A stretch of DNA of 64,000 bases from the human T2T-CHM13v2.0 reference genome, Homo sapiens. Below the pieces are notes generated by a model, which did no database searches, was not told the DNA's origin, and saw only the letters and a program-made list of their open reading frames with translations. Positions 53,155 through 64,000 of this stretch are shown here, piece by piece. The stretch lies in assembly GCF_009914755.1 (NCBI RefSeq), contig NC_060926.1. The stretch is one strand, 5' to 3'. Positions within the stretch are counted from its first letter, which is position 1. Every line of letters starts with the position of its first letter. Position numbers and translations under genes: made by a program.

Positions 53155-53481
53155 TAAAAAATTTATTTATTTTTATTTATTTATTTGTTTATTTATTTAT
53201 TTATTTTAGAGACAGGGTCTCACTCTGTGGCCTGGGCTATAATGCAGGGTGCCATCATAGCTCACTGTAACAATGAACTTCCAGGCCTCAGCCTCCTGAG
53301 TAGCAGAGACTACAGGCAAGAGCCACAGTGCCTGGCTAACTTTCATTTTATTTTATTTTTTTGTAGAGACGGAGTCTTGCTATGTTGCCCAAGTTTGTCT
53401 TGAACTCCTGGCCTCAAGCAATCCTTCCATCTCAGCCTTCCAAAGCGCTAGGATTATAGGCATGAGCCACCCTGCCTGGCT
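53155..53481 (-). mobile_element. AluJ-type SINE with (TTTA)n tail and an internal deletion
   Basis: gagacagggtctcactctgt...gaactcctggcctcaagcaatcc...catgagccaccctgcctggc. Confidence 0.9.
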
Positions 53482-53482
53482 G

Positions 53483-53660
53483 ATTTTATTTTTTTATTTT
53501 TAAAGATGGAGGTCTTGCTATGTTGCCCAGGCTGGAGTGTGATGACTGTTTACAGATGCAATTATAGCTCACTGTAACTTCGAACTCCTGGGCTCAAGAG
53601 ATTCTCCCGTCTCAGCCTCTTGAGTAACTGGGACTAAAGATGTGCACCACTGTGCTTGGC
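53483..53660 (-). mobile_element. FAM/FRAM-type Alu monomer
   Basis: Monomer with the 7SL-derived stretch ggagtgtgatgactgtttacagatgcaattatagctcac; gttat(g/a)ccatt repeats at 53138-53148 and 53662-53672 flank the AluJ+monomer pair. Confidence 0.75.
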
Positions 53661-55394
53661 TGTTATACCATTTTAATGGATTATTCTTTTTAAGACTAGG
53701 AAATGTTCCTCTGCGTTTCTATAAAATTAATGTTTTCTTCTTCTCATTAACATTTCACCAGCCTCTATTTAGATAGCATTTTACATGTGTATGTTTTGCA
53801 TAACTTTATTTCCATTCTTCCTCTCCCAATTTAGATTTTTTTCATAAACAGCATATAAGTGAATTAAAGAGGGTAAAGATCATTATGAAATTCTGTCTTT
53901 GAATAAAGATTTGACCCATTTATATCCATTTATTATGAGTATAAATATATTTTCACTTACTTTGGCAATACCATTTTTGTTCCTATTCACCATGGGTTTT
54001 CTTTGCTTATTCATTTCCCCTTCATTCTTGCCTTCTGTTGAATTGACTTCATTATTTTTTTCCTTTACATGTTTGTAAATTACACATCTGTTTCTATCCT
54101 ATTTGTGGATAATCTCATTTGACGGTTCATTTTCTATGGAGGTATTTCCCTAAATGCCATTCTCTATAGGGTGGTTTTGCAGTTTCCTTAGCCCCAGCTC
54201 CCCAGGGCTTGGAGTTGTCAACCAGGTATCATGTGAACAGGTTTGTCTTGTGGTCTTGTCCATGTGGATGGAGTAGTTCTGAACTTCATATCGACACAGG
54301 GAGCAATTTCTTTCTTAGGCCACATCTCTATTTCTGGCCATGGATAAGCAGTACGTTTCCAGACACATGGGTAGGTGGGTGAGCAGAGTCAGCTGCCTCC
54401 CCTTGTGGGTGGGCTATGTGTTCATGGCTTCGCATAGGTGCCCAGTCTTGGCATAGCAGCCCTAATCCCAGTGACCTTTCTCTGTGCCAAGTTCTTAGCT
54501 GCACTCCAGCTCCTGCTTTGGTTTCCTCTGCCATTATTCACATGTGAAGATCTTCCTTTCTTTATTCTCTTTAACACAGTTACGCACATATATTCTAAAT
54601 TAAATGACAAATCTGTCATTCCTGTATGCTGGGATGGAGGGGTAGGGTTTGGGTACATGCTCGCTCTGTTACCTTGGCCTGAAAGTCCCATATTATCGAT
54701 TTGCATACACACTAGGCTGGAGTTAAATGACTGACACATGTTAGAATACTTTAGGATGAAATTCTTCATCCAGGCAGCTATCTTCCAGGAAGGAGGGGCC
54801 CTGTCTTCTTCAAGCAGCACTAAAGGTGGCATCTTCTTGGTTCATCTTGTGCCTTTCTGGGTCTCTCTGGGCTCCAGAACAGCACCTTGGGCTCCTCATG
54901 GCCTCTGCTCCTCATGCACGCTGGCTTGGATGGAGAAGCCTGACAGCTTCTGAAATACCCATGAGCAACTTGAAGGTCAAAAAAGGGAACATAACAATGC
55001 AACAGAAACAAAAGAGTGATGACAGAGATGGATGAGGTAAAACTAAGGAAGAGCTTTCCCAGGGCTGGGTTTTGAACTCTTACGGACATCGAACAAATAG
55101 GTTCAGATGTTCACCCGAGGTAGCACTGGGCAGGCTCCAGGGCTGCTGGCTGACAGGACTCCCAGCCCCCAGAGCCTCCTTCTTGCCTGCACTTTGTCAC
55201 CAGTGTGCTGAGTACTTGGATGCTGCAGCTAACCAGGCTTTTAGGGTCCTTGCCAGGCCCCTTGCATGGTTTCCCCAATCCTGTTTTGTTCTCCTACCTC
55301 CTGTTTTGAATCAAGCAAATTTATTGACTGCTTGGGGAGGCTTGCAGGAGGCTTTCTGCTTCTTGCTCCCTTGAAACAGCACACTAATACTAAA

Positions 55395-55650
55395 CATCAT
55401 TTATTAAGCACTTCTATGTGCTATATGTCAGACAGACCCTATGCTAAGGGCTGTCTTGTTTCATCCTTTTTTCACCTTTAATTGGATGCTATCATGATGT
55501 GGAGACTGAGATCATCATTTTAGAGATGAGGAAGCTGAGGCCTACAGAATTTCAGCCCCATGCCCAAGTTTACACATCTGGCCCATGGTAGAGTTGGGAA
55601 TCAAACCCAAGTTTGTCTGATCTCAAGGGCTGGGCTGTTTCTTCCATACT
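55395..55650 (-). mobile_element. L2/MIR fragments
   Basis: catttattaagcacttctatgtgc; cattttagagatgaggaagctgaggc...cccaagtttacaca...gggaatcaaacccaag. Confidence 0.7.
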
Positions 55651-55706
55651 CTTCTGCTAACAGATACAAGAGTCAAATGTGATGCTAATGGTAGCTTCCA
55701 AGCTAA

Positions 55707-56256
<550 letters not shown>

Positions 56257-57159
56257 TAGCCCTGCCTGGAGGGAAAGGTGAAAGTGGTGGGAACATGTAC
56301 TGGGGTCACGTCACCTGGAGGCATCCCCCTATCCACACCAATCAGACATCTGCCACTTAAGAGAAAAGTCTCTACTCCCCATCCTCTTCTAATAGGTGTC
56401 CCTTCTGAGAACCAGATTCCAGGATCTCTCCCAGTTCAAATCCAGCCTCAGACCACCTTGCCCAGAAAAGGTGGTTTTGTAGTCTAACCACTTTCCCTTT
56501 AGTTGTCTTAGAAATCCAGCATGGAGCTGCATAGAGGGCTCTGTTTATGCTGGAGCGGGGAGGAGATGATCCTGGAGAAGGATTAATGCCCACACTTCTC
56601 CACAGGGCTCAGACCCATTAACAGGAACTCCTTTCACGGTCCCACTGCCCAATGCCTGATGCTGCAATTTCTGTTCCTAGGGCTCATACCCACTGAGGAT
56701 CCCGTACATTGTACACAATGTCTGCCTGGAGGAGGGAATCTGCACCTGGGAGTCTCAGCACCAGTGCCCTGGGCCTGTCTGCCAAGATGCCCATCTGCAG
56801 CTGAGAGGCCTGAGGGTGATCCAGCCCTTCCCGAGGCCAGGCTCTGACTCCTTTCGTGTGAGGCTTGGGCAGCTCCAGGCTCCAGGCTGGATCTGGACTG
56901 TGTGAGAGAGGACTTCCCTGGTCCAGCTCTCCCTGGCCTCAAATGGACCGCACCATCTTCCTGCAGTCTGAAAGCTCTCTCTGGCTCACAGCCCCTGGAA
57001 TCCTTATCTTCCCTAGGCCCATTTCTCTCCACCCTGCTTGGCTTCTCTGAAACATGATGGCAACTGGTAAAAACTGGCTCCCTGTTCTTTCCCTTTGTTG
57101 AATGCTTCTGGGTACATCTAGAAGAACTCACCTGCTTCTGCCTTCCAGAAAGAGCAGAG

Positions 57160-57440
57160 AGTCAGTCAGGATAGGACAAGTTATACTGCAGCAACAAGCC
57201 TAACATCTCAATGGCTTAAAACAATGGAGATTTATTTCTCACTCATGCTTCCTGTCCACTGTGGACTGGCTGGAGCCTGTTCCATGTTATCCTTATATAG
57301 GAACCAGGCTGATAGAGCAGGCTCTTTGGAACCTATCTGGTGGCAGAGGGAAAGAGCTCTGGAGGGCTTTACACTGACAATGACAAGCTCCAGCCTGGAA
57401 GGGACACATACCACATGGACCAGGAAGTGTGTTCAGAGAG
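57160..57440 (-). mobile_element. MLT1 (K/L-like) LTR fragment
   Basis: agtcaggataggacaagttatactgcagcaacaa...atctcaatggcttaaaacaatggagatttatttctcactcatgc. Confidence 0.7.
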
Positions 57441-57579
57441 CAAAAGGCGGCAAAAGTCAACCACAAGACTTGCCATGTGGCTAAGCAAGGGCACATTTCT
57501 GGAAGGGTGAGGAGCTGGGTTTCATGTGGGTGGTCAGAGGTCAACAGACAGCTGGGGAGATGTATTCTCCTTCATTCAA

Positions 57580-57720
57580 CACAATTGACTTTGGAGCTGG
57601 ACTTCCCTGGTTTAAGTTTACATTCTACCACGAACTAGATGTGTGACTTCAGGCAAATTGCTTAGCTACTATAAGCCTCAACTTCCTCATCTATTAAATG
57701 GAAGCAATACCATCCAGAGT
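57580..57720 (+). mobile_element. MIR
   Basis: actagatgtgtgacttcaggcaaattgctta...agcctcaacttcctcatctattaaatgg. Confidence 0.7.
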
Positions 57721-58760
57721 GCCACAGCCAGCAAGTGCTGCTGCCAAGATTTCCAGCTACCTGGATCTGGGTCCACGGCCCGTGTGTCTGCCAAAATCCT
57801 GTCTCCACTGGCAAAAAATCCTGGCTTAGTAACACCCACATGGCACAAGATGGCAGTGTAATCTCTCCCTTATCCCACTTGCCTATTCTTCCCCTTTTAT
57901 TCCAAGCCCCAGATTTCTCCCTAATCATCCTGGGCCCTCTGGAGCTTCCCCTCAACTCCAGTTCCTGCCTGGCTGGATGGCACAAATCCTGCTCTCAGTG
58001 CCTCTGAAGTCATTTGCTGAGAACTGAGGGTAGATCACTTTAGACCATTCAGCCTAGGTTCTCACCAGCCCCTGCCTCGGGGGCTCAGACTCCTTCAGCC
58101 TCCAGAGTGGGCCAGGTTCCCAGATTCTCATTGCACTTGGGAGTGACCCCGCCACATGTGAGAGGCCCTGAACCCTGGGTGGTATCTTGAGCTCCAGGCT
58201 GTGACTGGGAGCATTCTGGGGAGCCCACTCTGTGGAAAGGAGAGAAAGGTTACAGAATCCCTCCAAACAAGGCAAAACAAAGCCATTTATCTTGGCGCAT
58301 TAGTCACTGAGCTGCTGACGCAGGCAAACATGCTGTACTCTTGGCAATCATCATTTACATTAAAACAGGATGATTTGTGGAGTTGGAGGCCCGGGACCCT
58401 TCCAGACTTCCCCACCCACCTCAGTCTGTCCCTGCAAGCGCCAGAGGGCTGGGGCTGTGGGTTCTTCCTTGGCAAAGAGAAACTGGCCTTAGTCTGGGGG
58501 TACAGGTGCCCAGAGTCCCAGCCCTATTTTCTTCCAGGTGCATATCCTTCCAGGCTGTGGGACTGTAGGAGCTGCCTCAGCCTCCCAGAGCCATGCTCAA
58601 TGGGGGCAGCCTCTCAGGCTGGGCTGGGTTCAGTGTCAGCATCACATTGTATGTGTGGTCTTTTTTTTCTTGGCTGTTTAGTGTTTGGAAGGAAGGGCTT
58701 TCAAGCCTCCAATTTTCCCATATTCCAGAGGAAGATGATGACAACAATGAACACTGTATA

Positions 58761-58831
58761 TATACAGTGTCTTCCTCCCTTTCTCTCTCTCTCCCTTCTT
58801 TCCCCCCTCTCTCCATTCTCTCTCTCTCTCT

Positions 58832-58879
<48 letters not shown>

Positions 58880-58987
58880 CACTCTTACACAAATTGTCCC
58901 ATATACGGATGAAATTGTACCTTTGAGAGCTAACACTCCCTCTCTCCAGGCTTAGGTGATATGGGATAGATAGCAGAGTCTTCCTTC
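58761..58987 (+). repeat. Left arm of a local inverted duplication, containing (CT)n(CA)n
   Basis: aattgtcccatatacggatgaaattgtacc...cttaggtgatatgggatagatagcagagtcttccttc matches the reverse complement of 59723-59932. Confidence 0.93.
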
Positions 58988-59149
58988 TCAAGGTGACTTG
59001 TCATTTGGTCTGAAGCAAATCCCAGGTGACCGCCTCACCCACATCACACAGACAGTGCCCAGGCTGTCTGTTGCTCTTCGGCCCTGGGTCTGTCCTAAGT
59101 GCTCCTGGCCATGGTGCCCGCCGTGCCCCACTTTCAGCCTATATGCCCA

Positions 59150-59591
59150 AGGGTGCAGCACACAATCTTGTCTGTGCCAGTCAGGATCATATTCTCCAGG
59201 CCTCAGTGAGGGGTGTAGAGATGTATATTTGACTCAGTCAGAACCAATAAGCGTGAATAAAACATTGCTGAATTTCTGTGAAAGTGAACCTCCAGCGAGC
59301 GAGAGAGAATGAGTGTGTAATGAGCACAGAATTTCTTCTCTCTTGGTCAGTGTGCCAGAAAGTGGATCTGGCATGGCTGTCCAGAGGGGAGAGCTGAAGG
59401 GCCACCTTGCAGAGCTGAGAACAAAGCAAAGACCTAGAGAGAAACAGTCCCTGGTGACATCCTTTAGGTGACTGGGTTGAGCTTCTCTGGATCAACCTGT
59501 CAAGCTTTGAGAGTTAACCTATTCCCTTTGTTTAAGTCAGTCTGGGGTGAACTTTGTGTCACATATGGCCAGCAGAGCCTTAACCAGTACA
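59150..59591 (+). mobile_element. Old MLT1-like LTR in the spacer of the inverted repeat
   Basis: gaaccaataagc...gccaccttg...cagtccctggtgacatc...tttaagtcagtctgggg...ccttaaccagtaca. Confidence 0.55.
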
Positions 59592-59722
59592 GAAAGTAAG
59601 TGTGATCAGAGAGTGTGGGAGACCTTGAAGTTTAGCATCAGAGCTTTGCACAGGCTTCCCACAACTGAGAACACCATTGTCGCCTAGTGGATCTCCATTC
59701 CTCTTGCAGGGCACTCATTAAG

Positions 59723-59816
59723 GAAGGAAGACTCTGCTGTCTATCCTGTATCACCTAAGGCTGGAAAGAGCATCAGCTCTCAATGGTGCAATTTCATCCT
59801 TGTATGGGACAATTGC

Positions 59817-59859
<43 letters not shown>

Positions 59860-59932
59860 GGAGAGGGAGAGAAGGAGAGAGAGGAGAGAAAGGTGGGGAG
59901 AGAGAGCGAGAGATCAGAAGGCACTGTACGTA
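59723..59932 (-). repeat. Right arm of the local inverted duplication, containing (TG)n(GA)n
   Basis: gaaggaagactctgctgtctatcctgtatcacctaag...caatttcatccttgtatgggacaatt. Confidence 0.93.
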
Positions 59933-60423
59933 TCTTCCAAGAAGATGTGCTAAGCATCTCCTAGAAGTACGGATGAACATCCAACAAACGGAAAAGACAG
60001 GGAGCTCCTTTTTGTCAGTCATACCATTATGTTTTAGAGAAGCCAAGCAGAGTAGGGAGAAATCACTACCCACTCAGGTATTGCCTCTCTGTTTGGAAGT
60101 GTTCCGTATCTCTGGGACCTAGACTGTACCATGGGCATATTCTGGGCTGTATTTATTGGTTCACATCCATTCTTCACCCAAACACAGACCTGTCTTGCCT
60201 CTAGTTCCTGTGGGTTGGGGCACACAGTAGGTGGCGTGCATGCAATAAATAATTGTTCTTCTGAACAGCTGCACTGGTGGAGAGAGGGGGAGGGAAGACA
60301 GAAGACCTTGGAGGAAGAACTTTAGAGTTCAGAAAAGAATGTGTGAAGGCCTGAGGTAGGCAGTGGAAGAGAGGAGATTTGGGACAAGAAAAGAAATTGC
60401 TTTTAAAAATGAGAGGAGGAGAC

Positions 60424-60555
60424 TTAGGAGGATCACTTGAGCCCAGATGTTCGATGTTCAAGGCTGCAGTGAACTATAATTGTGCCACTGCACTCCAGCT
60501 TGGGTGGCAGAGAAAGACCCCATCTTTAAAACAAAGAAATAAGTAAAACAAAAAT
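60424..60555 (+). mobile_element. Truncated Alu right arm/FRAM
   Basis: ggaggatcacttgagcccag...aaggctgcagtgaactataattgtgccactgcactccagc plus an A-rich tail. Confidence 0.85.
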
Positions 60556-62079
60556 GAAAAACTTTAAATGAGGAGAAAAAGTTCTGTAAGCTGAAACTGA
60601 GAGTGGTTCATGTTTCAGGTGGGAGGTGTGGTGGGTGGCATGGAAGTCGAAGGACAGAATAACAGGGAATAACTTCGAGTTGGAGTGGGTGGGGACAGGC
60701 AGATCTCCCATCCAATCAAGGAGTCTGTGCTACCCTGGCAGAACAGACAAACCAACAGGTGCTCCCTTAGCCCTGCCCTCAGCCGGTGCTGACCTGGGTC
60801 ATCCAAAATGCTGGTGGTGAAGGGTGAGCACTCCTGGTTGGCGTTGGAAGGCATTGTTATACCTTAAATGACAGAGGGCTGCTTGATGTCCCAGATATGA
60901 CTCCAAACTGATAATGGACATTGGGCTAGGTGTGGGGAGTTAGGGTGCCCTTCCACCTCAGAAATAACCCCACCGAGCTCTTCTTTAGGGCTAATGTCAT
61001 TTTGAGGATGCTTGGAAATAGCCCAAGAGGCACCATCTTTTCTCTTTGGGGTATAAATGACCTGGCCTTCCATACTGATTGCCACCAAGGATGGGTAGAC
61101 AGCAGCCAAGGTGGGGCTCTGGGGGGCCAGGGCAGGGGCTGGTATAGCAACCTGGAACAGAAAGCTGAGGCTTCCATCCCAGCAGAGAGCAGAAATGGAA
61201 GTAGGGAACCAGGGGCAGGGGCAGAGGACAGTGGGGTGGGGAGGGCTGCCTCCAGAGGTTCTTGGGGATACTTCAGCTCTGCCACACCAGCCTGCTAGAC
61301 CAAGACCTGAAGCCTCTGGTTGCCAGCAGGGGAAGAGGCTCCCTGTGTCCCTCTAGGCCAATCTTCTGGCTCGGAGCCTGGGTGAGCTGAATCCGAGGCT
61401 CACAGGCTAATAATGCTGTCCATGACCAGTTCAGGGGCAGACGTTGGGATGGTGGGGTGCAGTCTGCGTGGGAAGGGAGTCAAACCCTAGCCTGGCCTCA
61501 CCCAGCAGCAGCTCCCTGAAACTTTCAGCCTGGAAGCTGGTTTGCACCCATCCAGGGGGCAAATTCAGTTAGGTTGGTCTTTTGCCCACCTGGGACTGTA
61601 CCTTAGAATGAGTCCTGGGGCCTATAATGAGCATCTCAGGTGCATGGGTTGGATCTTTGGGCACCTACATGGCTGCCAGGCTGCTAATTCCCATGACAGG
61701 GCCTCCAAACCTCTGTTCTCAGCCAGCCTCCATCCACTGTCTGCCCAATTATTTGCCATGCGACTCTTCTCTTGTGCCTGGGCCACTCCTACCTCTGCTT
61801 CTTCCTTAGCCCCCACCCCAGCCCTTGCCACCAGCAGGGGCCAGAGCTGGAGGCCTGGCCACAAGTGGGCCCTCTCTGAGCACTGTCCAGACTTTTCAGT
61901 GGCTTCCCCTTTCTCGCAGATTAGCCCTCATGATGTTGGCATGGGACTCCCAAGAGCTTTTGACTTGGATTGAAGAGGAATGCAGCTAATTGAGGCAGCC
62001 TAGGGATGCTCCCATCTCTCCAGCACTGCCTTGCCTCTGCATTTCCCCCTCTTTCTTTCTGCTCACCCATCTCCAGATA

Positions 62080-62287
62080 CAAATCTTTAGACATCTTATT
62101 TCACTTCTCTTGGTTATGTATGTAGGAGTGGGATGGCTGAGTCATGCAGTAGGTATATGTTTAACTTTTGAACAAACTCACAAATAGTTTTCCAAAGTAG
62201 CTGTCCCATTTTACATCCCTTCCAGCAATCTATGAGAGTACTAGTTGTTCCACCTATTTGCAATACTTGGTATTGTAAATCTTTTTA
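62080..62287 (-). mobile_element. L1M 3'-ORF2 fragment
   Basis: taggagtgggatggctgagtcat...gttttccaaagtagctgtcccattttacatccc...cagcaatctatgagagt. Confidence 0.75.
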
Positions 62288-62399
62288 GATGAGGGCTGAG
62301 GTCATGTGGGTTATAACAGCAACATTAAAGGGACAGAGTTGGAGGTGACAATACAGTTAGAACAGGTAAATAAAGAAGAATGAGATTGAGATGGGGAAT

Positions 62400-62580
62400 G
62401 GACAGTGTTGTTGGGATCTCACCTCCATCAATTATCAGCCATGTGACCTTGCACAAGTAACTGAACCTTGCCATGCCTTCATTTTCTCACCTGCAAACAG
62501 GGATGTAACATTTACCGCTGCTGAGATTAAATGAGGCAATGGACATAAACATATCTACAGAGTGCCTGGCATCAGGGCTT
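62400..62580 (+). mobile_element. MIR
   Basis: gccatgtgaccttgcacaagtaactgaacc...ttttctcacctgcaaa...gagattaaatgag...agtgcctggca. Confidence 0.75.
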
Positions 62581-62987
62581 CCGTTAGTCTTTGCATGAAT
62601 TAGGTGAAGGTGTCCCTTTTTTGGGGTTGATACAGCCCTGGACTAGGGTGCTGGGATTGGCCCAAACTGCATAGTTATTCACAGTGATTCTGTTTGGCCC
62701 ACAAGTTGTCAACCGAAGCACCCTGAACAGACCGAGTTGAAAGGAAGAGGTGAGCGTATTCATCAGTGTGCCTGCTCTGCCCTCCCCACAGCCCTCCCCT
62801 TCTCTCTGGTGACTTCCCCTGTCCTCCACCTTCCCCTGTCCTGCTGCCTTGGGTCTGTGGAAATGTGGGTGCCAATCTCTAGGTCAAATCTACAGGCAGA
62901 AACTTCTTTGAAGTTTGGTATCTCTACTGAATCATAAGAAATCCTGCTTAAATAGTCTGGTTCTCAAAATAATTTAAGTGTCGCAGA

Positions 62988-63292
62988 GGCTGGGTGTGGT
63001 GGCTCATGCCTGTAATCCCAATACTTTGGGAGGCTGGGGCGGGAGGATTGCTTGAGGCCAGGAGTTGGAGACCAGCCTGGGAAAAAGGGAGATCCTATCT
63101 CTACAAAAAATTTAAAATTAGCCTGGTATGGTGGCACACACTTGTGATTTCAGCTACACGGGAGGCTGAGGCAGGAGGATTGCTTAAGTCCAGAAGTTTG
63201 AGGGTGCAGTGAGCTGTGACTGCACCACTGCACTCCAGCCTGAATGAGACACAGCAAGAGACCTGACCCTGTCTCAAAAAAAAAAAAAAAAA
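62988..63292 (+). mobile_element. AluJ-type SINE
   Basis: ggctgggtgtggtggctcatgcctgtaatccc...poly-A; TSD agtgtc(g/a)caga at 62977-62987 and 63294-63304. Confidence 0.95.
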
Positions 63293-64000
63293 GAGTGTCA
63301 CAGAGATGAGCTCAAGGCAGCAGCATTTATGGTGACTGGATTTGATCTTTATTTGAGGGGAGCCAGAGGGAGGCACAGAACTTTTGGGGGGCCCAGGAGA
63401 TATTGCAGAGTTCACGGTTTACAGCAGGGAGGTGCTGAGGGCCTGGAGACAGGTTCTCAGTACCCTAAGGTGAAGCCTTTGATCAGGAAAACATCTCTTC
63501 CCAAGGCCAAAGTCCTTGGGCTGTCTATGGCACACACATGCGGAAGGCCAGGGCACATTTGCCTCAGCTCAAAACATACAACTCACTACATGAACAGCTC
63601 AACTGAACTAGGCCCTTTGATTTATGTGTTTACATTCCCAAAGGGAAACTTTCTTTACCTGAGGGACTCTTGGCTGGGTTCCTTTCATGATGAGAACAGG
63701 ACATGAAACTTTGTTTATGGAGAGGTAGTACTCCAAGCCGGGGTGGAAGCCGGCCCTTAAAGTTTGGGGCTGGGCAGCCCTGATAACCACCAGGTGGGGA
63801 ATTTTGTCTCTGAGCTTTCTGTCCCTGATGTCTCAGCCTGGGCACCCAGCAGGACTCCCTGGTGTCAGCAACATGAGTGACAGATGAATCATTCATTCCT
63901 GAGGCGCTCAGATGAGTCACTGGAGAAGCAGTGTCACCTTTCCAAAATTTAACTTTCCAGCAACTTCAGGAATTCAGCAGTCGTGTAGAGAGAGGGATGC

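Larger units (their letters stand above)
52400..54120 (-). mobile_element. Ancient L1M fragments interrupted by AluJ and FAM
   Basis: gtggtcagaacacatggtctgtat...agaaggagtatgtgctttctattgagtgcaaagtgctatat. Confidence 0.55.

Noticed and set aside
58201-58926. 241-aa ORF (also 26766..27365, 25525..26028, 46438..47001)
   Set aside because: No recognisable domain; most start at non-ATG codons or run through microsatellites or TEs; lengths are compatible with chance in GC-richer DNA.
61826-63800. CTCF-like motifs (ccagcaggggccag near 61831; ccaccaggtgggga near 63787)
   Set aside because: Each mismatches the core GGC positions; not supportable without ChIP data.

Overview
Primate (human-like) genomic DNA, intergenic or deep intronic and dense in repeats. 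I find no supportable protein-coding exon, RNA gene or CRISPR array. The long ORFs at 47.2-49.2 kb are artefacts of a purine/pyrimidine-alternating VNTR, and the only real protein homologies are decayed LINE-1 fragments. Repeat content includes Alus (J, S, Y, FAM), L1/HAL1 (two copies with 5' inversions), MaLR/ERVL solo LTRs (THE1, MST, MLT1, MLT2, MER21/68/77-group), Tigger3a/3b, MER2, MER5A, MIR, L2 and simple repeats. Subfamily names come from my recall of consensus sequences, not from a database search. The most unusual signal is a set of local templated duplications that repeat annotation does not explain. (1) A ~300-bp unique segment (9996-10298) bounded by two hairpins was copied in inverted orientation into an AluJ (13763-14057). 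(2) The new junction was then copied again to 12169-12276 between 8-bp direct repeats, preserving the pre-expansion state of an (AT)n tract. (3) A ~220-bp inverted duplication lies at 58.76-59.93 kb beside a 20-bp palindrome. (4) An inverted duplication brackets a three-domain VNTR with higher-order structure. (5) There is a 4x192-bp composite tandem repeat and several smaller templated insertions and palindromes.
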